Shown in pieces: positions 9,824 to 19,546 of a DNA stretch of 23,036 nt. Within the stretch, counting starts at the first letter, position 1; each line of letters begins with the position of its first letter. The position numbers were made by a program, and so were the translations under genes. The DNA comes from Methanobacteriota archaeon. Its GTDB lineage: Archaea > Methanobacteriota > Methanobacteria > Methanobacteriales > Methanobacteriaceae. Below the pieces are notes generated by a model. That model had not been told where the DNA came from. It saw nothing but the letters and a program-made list of their open reading frames with translations, and did not search any database. The stretch is taken from assembly GCA_963787255.1 (NCBI GenBank), contig CAWBCJ010000022.1, forward strand, positions 1 to 23,036. Direction: 5' to 3'.

Positions 9824-10024
9824 TTAGAAATTGCGTTTAAAAAATTTAATTATCATAATTATAAAGAATGATTAAAACCTCTTTTCTAACTCGATTTTTA
9901 TGTGGATATCGGTCACAGATAGGTTTACATAGTCTTTTCTGCATTTGTGGATACATAATGTGAAGAAATTTAGAAAAATTTATATTTTATCATTCTAATT
10001 ATTATTTCGGGAGGAATTTTTTTT

Positions 10025-10498
10025 ATGAAGATATTAGTAGTTTTTTATTCGAGAACAGGAAATACAAAGAAGATTGCAGAATCATTATCCGAATCTTTAG
10101 ACTGTGACATTGAGGAAATTATGGATACTGAAAAAAGAGGGGGAGTCATTGGTTATATTAGATCTGGCTATGAGGCTTCTAGAGGTAGGTTATCTAAGAT
10201 AAAAGATCCTAAGAATGATCCATCCCAATATGATTTAGTTATTTTAGGCACTCCTGTCTGGGCAGGAAAGATGGCAGTTCCTGTCAGGACATATATCACT
10301 CAGAATCATGTTAAATTTAATAATGTGGCTTTTTTCTGCACCGCTGGTGGAATGGGGTTTGATGGTACTTTCAGTGATATGAAAGAAGTTAGCGGAGCAT
10401 CTTCAATAGCTGAAATTGGGATAAGGGCAAAGGAAGTACATGATGGAAGTTATAAACCTAAATTAGCTGAATTCTTAACTAAAATCCAAAAAATCTGA
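10025..10498 (+). CDS. Flavodoxin family protein
   Basis: VFYSRTGNTKKIAE FMN-binding loop, YDLVILGTPVWAG and VAFFCTAGG; GGAGG RBS. Confidence 0.93.
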   Translation: MKILVVFYSRTGNTKKIAESLSESLDCDIEEIMDTEKRGGVIGYIRSGYEASRGRLSKIKDPKNDPSQYDLVILGTPVWAGKMAVPVRTYITQNHVKFNNVAFFCTAGGMGFDGTFSDMKEVSGASSIAEIGIRAKEVHDGSYKPKLAEFLTKIQKI

Positions 10499-10582
10499 TA
10501 AATAAAAATTTGAAACCTTCTACGATAAATTTATGAATTCTGGGTCGAATCAGAACTAGATAAAAGTTTTCCTTTCAACTAA

Positions 10583-10654
10583 TGGGTTCTGATATATTGT
10601 TTAATATTTTGGCTTTGAAGGACTCTGATTCTCCCAAAATTTTGAATTACATAT
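10583..10654 (+). repeat. Dispersed non-coding repeat Y, copy 2
   Basis: TGGGTTCTG…GACTC..ATTCTCCCAAA.TTTT…TACATAT is shared with 6425-6494. Confidence 0.7.
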
Positions 10655-10818
10655 ATTTAAACTACATTTAATTTAATGCAAAGACATATAAGTTGTTTAG
10701 TAGGATATTAAGGGTTCAGTTGGGGAGTGTGTATTGATTATGTATTTATAGTTCGTTAAAATTAATCTATGCACTCTTTTTTTTACTGTATATTTTTCTG
10801 ATTTTTTGAGATTAAAAT

Positions 10819-12417
10819 TTATTTTTCATTCACTTCTTTAGAAATGGATTTTATATCAGTTTCATGATATTGGGTCAGCAATTTTTTCTCTTCTTCCATC
10901 TTTGGAAACTTGAAAAATACTATAGCGGCCCCGATTAGGATTGCTATAATTCCTGCAATATAAGCCCAATGGTCTCCGGCTAAAAATGAAATTTTCGCAG
11001 CAGATATGATTTGGGCTGAATATTGAGGGTTTTGCTGTGCAAGTGTGGTAGCGCTGGCAAATGATTTGGTAAGCGTTGCTTCTACGTTGGTGGAGATTTG
11101 CTGTTGAGTGGAGGGGGAAAGACCGCTGATTTGCGTAGAAAATGCCTTGGCATAACCGGCTGTAAGTAATGCACCGAAGATTGAAGTCATGATTGCACCT
11201 CCAAAATCACGCTGCAAGTCTGCAGTCCCTGAAGCCATACCTTCACGTTTAACTGGAACGGAACCTGTAAGTGAATGTGAAGCGGGAGTTCCCGCTAACC
11301 CTACACCAACCCCAACAAGGGCGTAAGCCAGCCCGACTTTCCAGTAAGGAATGTTTTCCTGCCATAACAATAGCATAGCTATAAAACCTAATAAGCAGAA
11401 TAAATAGCCAAGTAACAGTGTAAATCGAGCACCACGTGACTCCACAAGCTTGGCAGATTGCGGTGCTACTAGAATCATTAAGATAGCTGCCGGTAAAATT
11501 GAAAGTCCTGCATCTAAGGTTGAATAGTTAAGAACATTTTGTAAAAACTGCTGCCCAATGTACATGGCACCCATCAGTGACCCAAAGACAATTATTCCTG
11601 CAGCTGCAGCTACCCAGAAGATCCGACGACTGGCGATTTTAAGATCAAACAGTGGATTTTTCACACGGCGTTGGTGCCTTATAAATAAGATTCCTGCTGC
11701 TGCTGCGATAATTAGAAAACTAATTATCAAAGTTCCAGAATTGGGTACTGGAGCAAAATTAATGGCTAGAATCAATGTTCCTAGGAGAATTAGGGACATT
11801 AACCCTCCAATGTTATCAACAGGCTCCTTTGTCTCATTTACGTGAGATGGAACAAACTTGATGGCCATTATTAGGGCTACAACAGCTAGGGGTAATGTGA
11901 TAAGGAAGACTGAACCCCAAGAATTTGATAGAAGCAGATATCCTGAGAGTAATGGTCCAAGGGCGGCAATTGCAGCACCTATACCTGACCATAATGCTAT
12001 TGACCTTGTTCTTGCCGGGCCGGACCATAAGGCAGCTATCAGTGCTAGAGTAGTCGGAAATGCCATTCCTGCAGCTAGTCCGCCTATGATACGGGCCCCA
12101 ATTAGGATCTCAATGGTTGGAGCAAAACCAGCGATGAGAGATGCAGGTATAGCCATCAATGTTCCTATAATGAGCATCATTTTTCGGCCGTGGTGATCAC
12201 CCAAAGCACCAAACCATAGTACTGAAGCAGCCAGGCCCAAGGAGAAGCCTACAGCCACAAGATTAATTTGAACCTGTGAAGCATCAAATGCTAAACCTAT
12301 GGAAGGAAGAGCGACATTAGCAACTGATAAATTCAGATTTGCAACTGCAGCTACCAGTATGAGTGTGACTAAAACAATATTGCCCTGGTCAGAATTTTCC
12401 TTTGTTAAAGGTACCAT
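10819..12417 (-). CDS. MFS transporter, DHA2 (EmrB/QacA-like, 14 TMS) family
   Basis: 532 aa with [12 protein letters not shown], motif [11 protein letters not shown], motif [18 protein letters not shown] and a large loop before the last TM. Confidence 0.93.
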   Translation of the reverse strand: MVPLTKENSDQGNIVLVTLILVAAVANLNLSVANVALPSIGLAFDASQVQINLVAVGFSLGLAASVLWFGALGDHHGRKMMLIIGTLMAIPASLIAGFAPTIEILIGARIIGGLAAGMAFPTTLALIAALWSGPARTRSIALWSGIGAAIAALGPLLSGYLLLSNSWGSVFLITLPLAVVALIMAIKFVPSHVNETKEPVDNIGGLMSLILLGTLILAINFAPVPNSGTLIISFLIIAAAAGILFIRHQRRVKNPLFDLKIASRRIFWVAAAAGIIVFGSLMGAMYIGQQFLQNVLNYSTLDAGLSILPAAILMILVAPQSAKLVESRGARFTLLLGYLFCLLGFIAMLLLWQENIPYWKVGLAYALVGVGVGLAGTPASHSLTGSVPVKREGMASGTADLQRDFGGAIMTSIFGALLTAGYAKAFSTQISGLSPSTQQQISTNVEATLTKSFASATTLAQQNPQYSAQIISAAKISFLAGDHWAYIAGIIAILIGAAIVFFKFPKMEEEKKLLTQYHETDIKSISKEVNEK

Positions 12418-12645
12418 ATTCTTTTATAGTTCATCATATTAATTAAATGAATTGATTTTCTTCTTATATTCCGTTTTTAGGGTTTTACTACATTTTGGGC
12501 ATAAATATATGAATGTGGAGGTGCTGTAAATCTATGTGTAAAATTTAAACTCCCCCCGTAGATATATTAAAGAATTACAAAATTAGCACTTAATACCTTT
12601 ATTATAGCATTTTAAATATTTTAAGCCGGTTTATTTTTTTTGTTA

Positions 12646-12830
12646 TGATATAAAATATATATATTATTTTATATTAAGGTAAAATTACGCCTTATTTAAA
12701 CCTGTAGATCTGGATAAGATTGTTTTTCCATGAGTATTATAATAATTATGATTTCTTTTTTTATCATGTTTTAAATATTAAGTCGTTATAGTTATGTATA
12801 ACGACCATGTGGCTAAAAATAGTCAAATTT
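12646..12830 (+). repeat. Element copy F: subterminal region, perfect junction AAGTCGTTATA-gttatg-TATAACGAC, and next left end CATGTGGCTAAAAATAGTC
   Basis: Perfect 9-bp inverted repeat (12782-12790 / 12797-12805) around a 6-bp spacer. Confidence 0.92.
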
Positions 12831-12971
12831 AATGATATAAAAACTAAACATTAAAAAAGAGATATAAAACTAACTTCTTGTTTGGAATATGGAACTGAAA
12901 AATGAAGATAATGCAAAAATATTGCAAACTGTGGTAAAAATTTAAAAAATAGGGGATCTAAAACCTAAGTT

Positions 12972-13739
12972 TCAAATCAATACTATCAATGGCACGATTA
13001 CGTGCAACACGATATCTGCAGAAAAATGAGATATCATAGCTGATTCTAATCCCTTTTTCCAGTAAAGCCATCCGAATATAATTCCACCAATTGCATTTAA
13101 AATGATTATACGGGCAATTAGTAGTGGTGTCGGTGTAGTTATGGCTAATACTGTTGGTAAATGACCGATACCGAAAATAATCGCTGCTAAAGCGATAGCT
13201 AGCCACATACCTGCGTTTGTTGGTTTTCCTTCTTCTGTTTTTTTGATTTTAAAGATTATCCATGCAACAAGTGTCATTAAAAATAATCGCAATAGAATCT
13301 CTTCGTTTATTCCACCATAGAACGATGCAAGGAAGCCTTGCCATGCTGGAGGATAAATTTGACCTGCAACAGCTATATTTGTTGTAATACCTGCAAGAGA
13401 GAATAAATAATCTAGACCAACTATCAAAGCGCCTGCAATTAACCCTAGTCCAATTGATATTCCAAGTATTGATTTTAAATAACTTTTTACTTCTCTTCCT
13501 TCAAGCCAGCCTTCTAATATTGGAAGACCAAGTCCAACCTTCTTTGCAAGGTTCAATCCAATAAAGATGGCAATTGCAAATATAACTGTATTTTGAATAA
13601 TTGTTGCTGTTAATACAACATAAAGAGGCAAATTTTGCGGTAAACCACCTTGAAGAGTTAAACTGTAGGGAATTATGGTTATTGTTCCAAAGATACTTGC
13701 AATTAGTAAAATTATAAATAGTTTCCAGTTAGTTTTCAT
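12972..13739 (-). CDS. CPBP family intramembrane glutamic endopeptidase (CAAX/Abi)
   Basis: Motifs EEILLR, FGIGHL and SAMISHFSAD; multi-TM. Confidence 0.93.
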   Translation of the reverse strand: MKTNWKLFIILLIASIFGTITIIPYSLTLQGGLPQNLPLYVVLTATIIQNTVIFAIAIFIGLNLAKKVGLGLPILEGWLEGREVKSYLKSILGISIGLGLIAGALIVGLDYLFSLAGITTNIAVAGQIYPPAWQGFLASFYGGINEEILLRLFLMTLVAWIIFKIKKTEEGKPTNAGMWLAIALAAIIFGIGHLPTVLAITTPTPLLIARIIILNAIGGIIFGWLYWKKGLESAMISHFSADIVLHVIVPLIVLI

Positions 13740-13752
13740 ATTTTCACCATTT

Positions 13753-15021
13753 TTACTTTATCCATTGTACAATTGAATCTATTACATCTTTTTCTACATG
13801 GCCTTCAACTGTATACTCTTGTGGAGTTGATTTACCCTCACCTGCTATGAACAAATGGTTCAATTTCGGGAAAAGTTCGAAAGTAGCGTTTTTCTTGTGA
13901 CTAAGAGCGGACTTCCAGCCTTTAAAATCTTTAGATTCCAGAACTTGGTAATCACGTCCGCCTTGAAGAATTAATATGGGTATGGTTAATGTTTTTACAT
14001 CATCTGAAGGTTTATGATCATGTAAATCTTTCCAGTAAGCTGGTGAAATCCCTAAAGGTAAGTCCTTGGAGGGAATATCTTTTAAACTTTCAATATTCTT
14101 TACATGGGCTACTTTCTCTTTTAAAACTTCAAGTTCTGCCTTCTGCTCGTCTGTCATTGTTCCTGCTAGACTGTAAAGGTAAGTAAATTGATCTAAAATT
14201 GTATCTTCTAGAGAACGTGTAATTCCGGCCATGATAATTAATCCGGCTATTTCTGGATCTTGTTTACCGATTCGAGGGGCAAGAGTGGCACCTAAGCTGT
14301 GACCAAGCATAACGACTTTTTTCGGATCTATATCTTTTGTTTGTCGCATTAATTCAATTGCAAGCAGTGCATCGTCTATGACTTCCTCTTTCGCGGTTAA
14401 TTTCTCTATTATTTCTGGAGTAAACTGCTTAGCGTGTATAAATGTTCTTTTATCATATCTTAGCACAGCAATGCCTCTAGAGGCTAAACCCCATGCCAGA
14501 TCACGGAATGTTTTGTTGGGACCTATTGTTTCATCCCTATCATTTGGTCCAGATCCATGTACTAAAACAACTCCTGGAAAAGGACCAGAACCATTAGGTA
14601 CTGTCAAAGTTCCCGGTAATGCCCATTTCCCCTCACCAATAGTCACTTCGGTTTCATGAAAGGTAGATTTGTTAATATAGTCTGGTGCATGATACTCTAT
14701 ATTTGTTGGAATAAAATTCAACCCACTGATTTGTTCCTGTTCGTTAAAAACGACTTGTACATCAATTATATCTCTTTGGAAATCACATCTGATAATAACA
14801 ATCTTGTAACCTTCCATTTCAGTTGTACGTGTGGGATTCATTTGCAGTAGAGTTCCTGCCTCTGCTATTGTATTTACCCATGTTTCTTGTAATTTAGCCG
14901 CATCTAAGGCGATTTTCATCTGATCATCGAACATACTAGTAGCAGATGTAAAATCAGCCTTCAGTAGTAGATCAACAAATTTTTGTGCTTTTTCTTTTAA
15001 ATCTTCAAATGATGAATTCAT
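13753..15021 (-). CDS. Alpha/beta hydrolase with N-terminal DUF3887-like domain
   Basis: [18 protein letters not shown] nucleophile elbow, QGGRDYQV and LNHLF (Ser-Asp-His triad); GAGGT RBS. Confidence 0.92.
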   Translation of the reverse strand: MNSSFEDLKEKAQKFVDLLLKADFTSATSMFDDQMKIALDAAKLQETWVNTIAEAGTLLQMNPTRTTEMEGYKIVIIRCDFQRDIIDVQVVFNEQEQISGLNFIPTNIEYHAPDYINKSTFHETEVTIGEGKWALPGTLTVPNGSGPFPGVVLVHGSGPNDRDETIGPNKTFRDLAWGLASRGIAVLRYDKRTFIHAKQFTPEIIEKLTAKEEVIDDALLAIELMRQTKDIDPKKVVMLGHSLGATLAPRIGKQDPEIAGLIIMAGITRSLEDTILDQFTYLYSLAGTMTDEQKAELEVLKEKVAHVKNIESLKDIPSKDLPLGISPAYWKDLHDHKPSDDVKTLTIPILILQGGRDYQVLESKDFKGWKSALSHKKNATFELFPKLNHLFIAGEGKSTPQEYTVEGHVEKDVIDSIVQWIK

Positions 15022-15065
15022 AATTTAACCTCAATACTATGCATATTAAACTATTCATAACACAT

Positions 15066-15119
15066 AATATTTGCTAACTATAATATATAGTTATCGGAAT
15101 ATTTAGTTATCGGAATATT
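15066..15119. promoter_or_regulatory. Probable operator in the divergent promoter: TAGTTATCGGAATATT x2 plus an inverted variant
   Basis: Perfect tandem 16-mers at 15088-15103 and 15104-15119. 15066-15080 reads TAGTTAGCAAATATT on the minus strand. Lies between the divergent hydrolase and MarR genes. Confidence 0.65.
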
Positions 15120-15148
15120 TATATCAAGAAAACGATAGAAAACTAACT

Positions 15149-15580
15149 ATGAATAATGATAATATAAGGATAGTTACGGCTCTTTTTGATGAAATAAACA
15201 ATAAACTGAGGAAAACAAGTCAAGAAAACCTATTAAAAATTTATAAGAATTTAACTATAGCTGAGGCAAGTGCAATTTATGCAATAGGGCCTGATGAGCC
15301 TAAAACTATGAAACAAATTGCAGAAACATTGGGTGTTGCAGTGAGTACTCCAACAAGAACCATAGATAGGCTTTTAGAAAAAGGGTTCGTAAATAGGACT
15401 GTAGGAGAAAAAGATCGCAGACAACTTTTAATTGAATTAACTCCTAAAGGTAAAGAATTACTGAAGGATATTGACAAAGAAAATTTGGAAATAACCAGAA
15501 AAATGTTAAAAGGTCTTTCAGATGAAGAAATAGAAACATTTAAAAAAATACTGTCTAAAATAAGTGAAAATATCGAATAA
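15149..15580 (+). CDS. MarR family transcriptional regulator
   Basis: TMKQIAETLGVAVSTPTRTIDRLLEKGFVNR…DRRQLLIELTPKG winged-helix signature. Confidence 0.95.
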   Translation: MNNDNIRIVTALFDEINNKLRKTSQENLLKIYKNLTIAEASAIYAIGPDEPKTMKQIAETLGVAVSTPTRTIDRLLEKGFVNRTVGEKDRRQLLIELTPKGKELLKDIDKENLEITRKMLKGLSDEEIETFKKILSKISENIE

Positions 15581-15615
15581 ATTTTTACCTAACCATAAAA
15601 ATCATTTAGTTTTTT

Positions 15616-15663
15616 AAGTCGTTATAGCGCCCTATAGTGATATTGTGACTAAAATAGTCGATT
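15616..15663 (+). repeat. Element junction G: AAGTCGTTATA-gcgccc-TATAGTGAT-ATTGTGACTAAAATAGTCG
   Basis: Colinear with 12780-12830; 6-bp spacer differs. Confidence 0.88.
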
Positions 15664-15761
15664 TATATGAAATAGGAATAATAAATTAATTTATTCTTTA
15701 TATAACGTTTTAATGACATGTACACGAGCTTTTAGTGATGTTTAAAATACATTAATCTTAA

Positions 15762-16523
15762 TTAAGATTCTCTATAAATTAGTGCAATAAATCTTGAATC
15801 AAGCATAATAATATATGGGGCAATTAATTCTTCTGCAATCACAAAACCAAATATATTAGATTTTCCAAGTACTCCTATTAATAATGGACCTCCAATTATC
15901 ACAATGCCTAGAATCACGATGAGGTATCCTATGAACAACTTTTTTAACCCTATTTTTTTAATTTTTCTAAATATTTCATGAAATCTAAATGCTTCTTTAA
16001 AGGCTCCGCCTTTAAAAGCCATATGAGGTATAGCTACTGTAAAAAACATGTCTAAAAGAAATCCTAAAACAAATGCAACAATTATAATGGAAATAGCAAC
16101 TTCTACGCTTACTGCAGGCATCTCAAACTTTATTCTGGAGAAATTATAGTCTAAAACATAAATAAGAATGATAAGTGGCACTGAAAAATACAGTAATATA
16201 AGAACTGTTTCGTTAATACCGTGTTTAAACATGTTAGTAAGATTATTTAACTTTGGAGGCTCTTCAATGCCTATAATACTTTTTTCAATTATTCTAAAGG
16301 CATAACCTGCTTCAAAGAATAATAAAATTATGGCAACTAAAATAAGCAAAATAACTAATTTTAAACTATTATCACCAAAAGCAGGATACAAATATGTATA
16401 GAACTGGTTATAATATCTTAATATTGAAGTCGTTATTAAAATCATTAAACCTAGCAAAAGTAGCTGTTTTATTCCAGAAAATGGATATTTAGCAGCATCA
16501 TACAGAATTTTACTTATTTTCAT
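15762..16523 (-). CDS. DUF4013 family membrane protein
   Basis: MKISKILYDAAKYPFS, GYAFRII, MFKHGI and AIPHMA…FKEAFRFHEIFRKIKKIG. Confidence 0.88.
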   Translation of the reverse strand: MKISKILYDAAKYPFSGIKQLLLLGLMILITTSILRYYNQFYTYLYPAFGDNSLKLVILLILVAIILLFFEAGYAFRIIEKSIIGIEEPPKLNNLTNMFKHGINETVLILLYFSVPLIILIYVLDYNFSRIKFEMPAVSVEVAISIIIVAFVLGFLLDMFFTVAIPHMAFKGGAFKEAFRFHEIFRKIKKIGLKKLFIGYLIVILGIVIIGGPLLIGVLGKSNIFGFVIAEELIAPYIIMLDSRFIALIYRES

Positions 16524-16668
16524 GTTATACTTTCTATTAATTCTAAAATATTTAAATTAATTGTAACTCTTTTAATCCATTAAAAAGGAAATATACCCCT
16601 ATTATGATAATTAAGCCTGCTGTTAAGTATTGTTCACTTTTTGGAATCCATCTACTTAGCTTTAAAGG

Positions 16669-16805
16669 AATATTATATTTTATATTGGGTTGAAACTTTC
16701 TCTACTTAAAACAAGTAAATTCTGGTTAAATCGCCTAATCATAGTTGTTTTCGCAATTTTGATTTTCTTAACAAGTTTGAAATAGAGTTATTTGAGTCGT
16801 TATAG
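16669..16805 (+). repeat. Element copy H: distal subterminal region and right end GAGTCGTTATAG
   Basis: AATATTATATTTTATATT…TTTTGATTTTCTTAACAAGTTT…GTCGTTATAG aligns with copies C and E. Confidence 0.88.
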
Positions 16806-16896
16806 CAGAGTTTAAGAAGGTTAAATGACATTTTTAATGTTATAAACTAAAGTTTAAATAATAGAAGGACTTATAAAGAAAACGATTGGTGTTTAA

Positions 16897-17064
16897 ATGG
16901 CGAATTTAATAGTTAATATATTATATGTAATTTTAGCATTATTTATTGTAGTCTTTATAGATATTAAATATTTTAGATATGAATTTTGGAAACGGTTGAT
17001 CTTGAATATACTAATTGTTTTAGTGTTTGCTGCTTTCTATTATTTGTTTTTAATTAATTTATAA
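16897..17064 (+). CDS. 55-aa 2-TM membrane microprotein (below ORF-track cutoff)
   Basis: MANLIVNILYVILALFIVVFIDIKYFRYEFWKRLILNILIVLVFAAFYYLFLINL*; GGTG RBS upstream. Confidence 0.75.
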   Translation: MANLIVNILYVILALFIVVFIDIKYFRYEFWKRLILNILIVLVFAAFYYLFLINL

Positions 17065-17171
17065 AAAGAGAAGACAAGTAATGCTTTCTAGGGAATAGAA
17101 GCTCCCTTATCCTATAAAAAAAATATTTAATTAAAATCTAATTTTATTTATGATAATTTATTTCTATGAAA

Positions 17172-17387
17172 TCATTGCTCTAACTCTATAGAGATACATT
17201 CCCAAGGTTGAGCTTCCGTATCAATAGTGGCGAATAAATCTTTTTCTACATCCTGGAATAAATCTTCACAACTGAATTTTAAATCTGCAGATTTTTTAAC
17301 AGAATATATTCTGCCTCTAGCACTTTTAACAATTACATCGCCCTCTCGACTTATGCCCAATACTATTTGTTTTATTTCTTTTGCCAT
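17172..17387 (-). CDS. Small conserved hypothetical protein
   Basis: MAKEIKQIVLGISREGDVIVKSARGRIYSVK…; ATG 17387 follows a GGAG RBS. Confidence 0.8.
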   Translation of the reverse strand: MAKEIKQIVLGISREGDVIVKSARGRIYSVKKSADLKFSCEDLFQDVEKDLFATIDTEAQPWECISIELEQ

Positions 17388-17514
17388 ATTGCTCAACTCC
17401 ATTAATTTAATCTTTTATTAATTGCTAAGAATATCTCTAAAACTAAAATATTTCCAATCTATATTTATTATACATCACATTATAAGTGCACTATTATTTT
17501 TTTTCAATTTATAA

Positions 17515-17580
17515 TATAATGACCGGCTAAATATATGTCGAGAATAACGAAATATTTCTTTATAGCGCTATTATTACGGA
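17515..17580 (+). repeat. Element left-end variant I with 36-bp block identical to 18913-18948
   Basis: TATAATGACC-GGCTAAA, then ATATGTCGAGAATAACGAAATATTTCTTTATAGCGC (17533-17568). Confidence 0.9.
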
Positions 17581-17658
17581 TTTTTAAGTATACTACTTTT
17601 TAATAAGAATTATTATATACTATCATAACCATAGTGGCTTAAAAGGGAAGAATTTCAA

Positions 17659-18078
17659 ATGAAATATAATTCTAAAAGATACAAAAAGGGAAATATAGTG
17701 CAAATTTGTATCGATAATGAACTAATTGAAAAAGAGATTATAGAAGCGCGTTATGATTTAGAATCTGCGGAGAATTCTATTACTGCGAGGAATTATAAAT
17801 GGGCCATAATTCAAAGTTATTATTCTATGTTCCATGCTTTTAGAGGACTCCTTTTTAGCAGAGGCTATAAAGAAAAAAGCCATTCAGGTCTTAAATTTGC
17901 AATTAAAACTTTATTTGTAAATTATGGGGTTATAAGTGATGATATTTTCTTAGATTTTGATTTTGCTATGAAAGCAAGAGAAATGGCAGACTATAGTTAT
18001 ATTTATAATGAAAAAATTGCATTGAACATGCTTGAATCAAATAAAAAGTTAATTGGTGAGATAGAAAATTTGCTTTAA
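17659..18078 (+). CDS. HEPN domain protein (MNT-HEPN type, RxxxxY variant)
   Basis: ARYDLESAE…WAIIQSYYSMFHAFRGLL…KSHSGL…AREMADY. Confidence 0.9.
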   Translation: MKYNSKRYKKGNIVQICIDNELIEKEIIEARYDLESAENSITARNYKWAIIQSYYSMFHAFRGLLFSRGYKEKSHSGLKFAIKTLFVNYGVISDDIFLDFDFAMKAREMADYSYIYNEKIALNMLESNKKLIGEIENLL

Positions 18079-18146
18079 GATGAAAAGCAATGAAAAGAAT
18101 TATTACATTCTTAAAAATAGTTTATTTAATTTTTTTTTTGATTATT

Positions 18147-18207
18147 CATGGTGTTTTAGACGTGATTTTATTTTCTTAATAAGTTTAAAGATAGCATTTT
18201 AAGTCGT
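18147..18207 (+). repeat. Element copy J: terminal 60 bp and degenerate right end AAGTCGT
   Basis: CATGGTGTTTT…GTGATTTTATTTTCTTAATAAGTTTAAA…TTTTAAGTCGT aligns with 5936-5998 and 16740-16805. Confidence 0.75.
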
Positions 18208-18340
18208 ATCATAATTGCGTTAAAAGAAATAAAAATTTAAAAAGTGTTATTCGGGATATAAATCTCTTAAAGCATCTCCTAAATAGATATGACCATAATC
18301 CACTTCTTTAAGTGTAGACCATAAAGACCACCATCATTTC

Positions 18341-18817
18341 TTATTTTTTGTTATTCTCATTACATGCGAAGGAAAAGTGAATTACATCCTCTGAAACTCC
18401 GCCAATTTTCTTGTAAAAATCTATGGCATATTCATCCGCGATATCGGCTTGTACGAATATTTCTTTATCCCCATTACTACAGGAAATCTTTTTTAATTCT
18501 TCAATTAATCTGGTTCCTATCCCCTTTCTCTGGAAATCATGATGAACGGCCAGATCATACACATATACTTCATTGGCTTCAAAATATGTCGATGCTAATT
18601 GATGGGCAGTTAATCCTGCTATAATCTCTTCTTCATATTTGGCAACTACAAAAATGGTATTCTCGTTTTTTAATAGCTTCTCTAGATAACCATGAGATGG
18701 ATAGGGGAATGGTTCCATTTCAAAGACATTTTCATAGAGTTTTATTAATTTAACAAGTTCTTCCAAGTTAGTGACACTTAACTGTAAATATTCAATTTTA
18801 TTGTTAATATCCACCAA
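18341..18817 (-). CDS. GNAT N-acetyltransferase resembling the AAC(3)-I group
   Basis: AGLTAHQL…EVYVYDLAVHHDFQRKGIGTRLI…IFVQADIADEYAIDFYKKIG…EDVIHF. Start is TTG 18817 or GTG 18814, after GGAG. Confidence 0.88.
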   Translation of the reverse strand: MVDINNKIEYLQLSVTNLEELVKLIKLYENVFEMEPFPYPSHGYLEKLLKNENTIFVVAKYEEEIIAGLTAHQLASTYFEANEVYVYDLAVHHDFQRKGIGTRLIEELKKISCSNGDKEIFVQADIADEYAIDFYKKIGGVSEDVIHFSFACNENNKK

Positions 18818-18889
18818 AACTACTCCTTTAATACGAAGATCAAATTATTGGATTTTTCCATTACTATTAATTTGATTTTCATACTAAAA

Positions 18890-18960
18890 TATAGCGACCA
18901 TGTGGCTAAAGAATATGTCGAGAATAACGAAATATTTCTTTATAGCGCAATATGACGAAT
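18890..18960 (+). repeat. Element left end K plus 36-bp block and nested site TTCTTTATA-gcgcaa-TATGACGAA
   Basis: TATAGCGACCATGTGGCTAAA is identical to 5811-5831. 18913-18948 is identical to 17533-17568. Confidence 0.92.
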
Positions 18961-18990
18961 TAATTTATAAAAATTAAAATAATATGTATT

Positions 18991-19170
18991 CTATTCTTTT
19001 AAGGTCCAGTAGCACCTCTTAGGAGAATAAATAGTTTCATCTTTTTTGAGTTCTTTCATGATTTTATCAACTTCTTTTTTATCTACGCCAGAGATTTGAC
19101 TGATTTTAGTGGCATTTAAAGGTTCTTCAGAGCCTTTGAAAGCTTTAATTACTTTTTCTGTATCATTCAT
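18991..19170 (-). CDS. 59-aa winged-HTH protein (SPKRCYW-type; below ORF-track cutoff)
   Basis: MNDTEKVIKAFKGSEEPLNATKISQISGVDKKEVDKIMKELKKDETIYSPKRCYWTLKE*; GGTGA RBS. Confidence 0.85.
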   Translation of the reverse strand: MNDTEKVIKAFKGSEEPLNATKISQISGVDKKEVDKIMKELKKDETIYSPKRCYWTLKE

Positions 19171-19546
19171 GATATCACCATACTTGAATTACATTTAAAT
19201 CCATATAATTTGTTATGGTAACAGTTCAAAACTAGTATCACTAAGAATCGCAAAAAAAATAGTAGTCCATTAAATCTTCATAGTTGCGTATGGCGATAAA
19301 ATCCCTAAATAGAAAAGAGTGATGATAATTACGATATATTTGCAACTCAAAAGTGCAGGAGTTAAAGCAGTATTCTTTGCCATATTATTTATTCATAAGG
19401 GCTCATGCACCTAAACTCCTTATTTTGTTTTTGCAGAATTTTTGAAAATTTTATATAACTAATAATAAAATAGATTAGGATATAGATTATTTAATAGAAT
19501 ATCTAATGATGTTAAATTACTTTCAGAAGCTCAAGGGGATTAATAA

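Noticed and set aside
11558-12196. Plus-strand ORFs 11558-11845 and 11858-12196, and minus-strand 11834-12028
   Set aside because: Antisense or off-frame shadows of the MFS gene.
12958-14850. ORFs 12958-13206, 13989-14186, 14378-14659 and 14656-14850
   Set aside because: Shadows of the CPBP and hydrolase genes.
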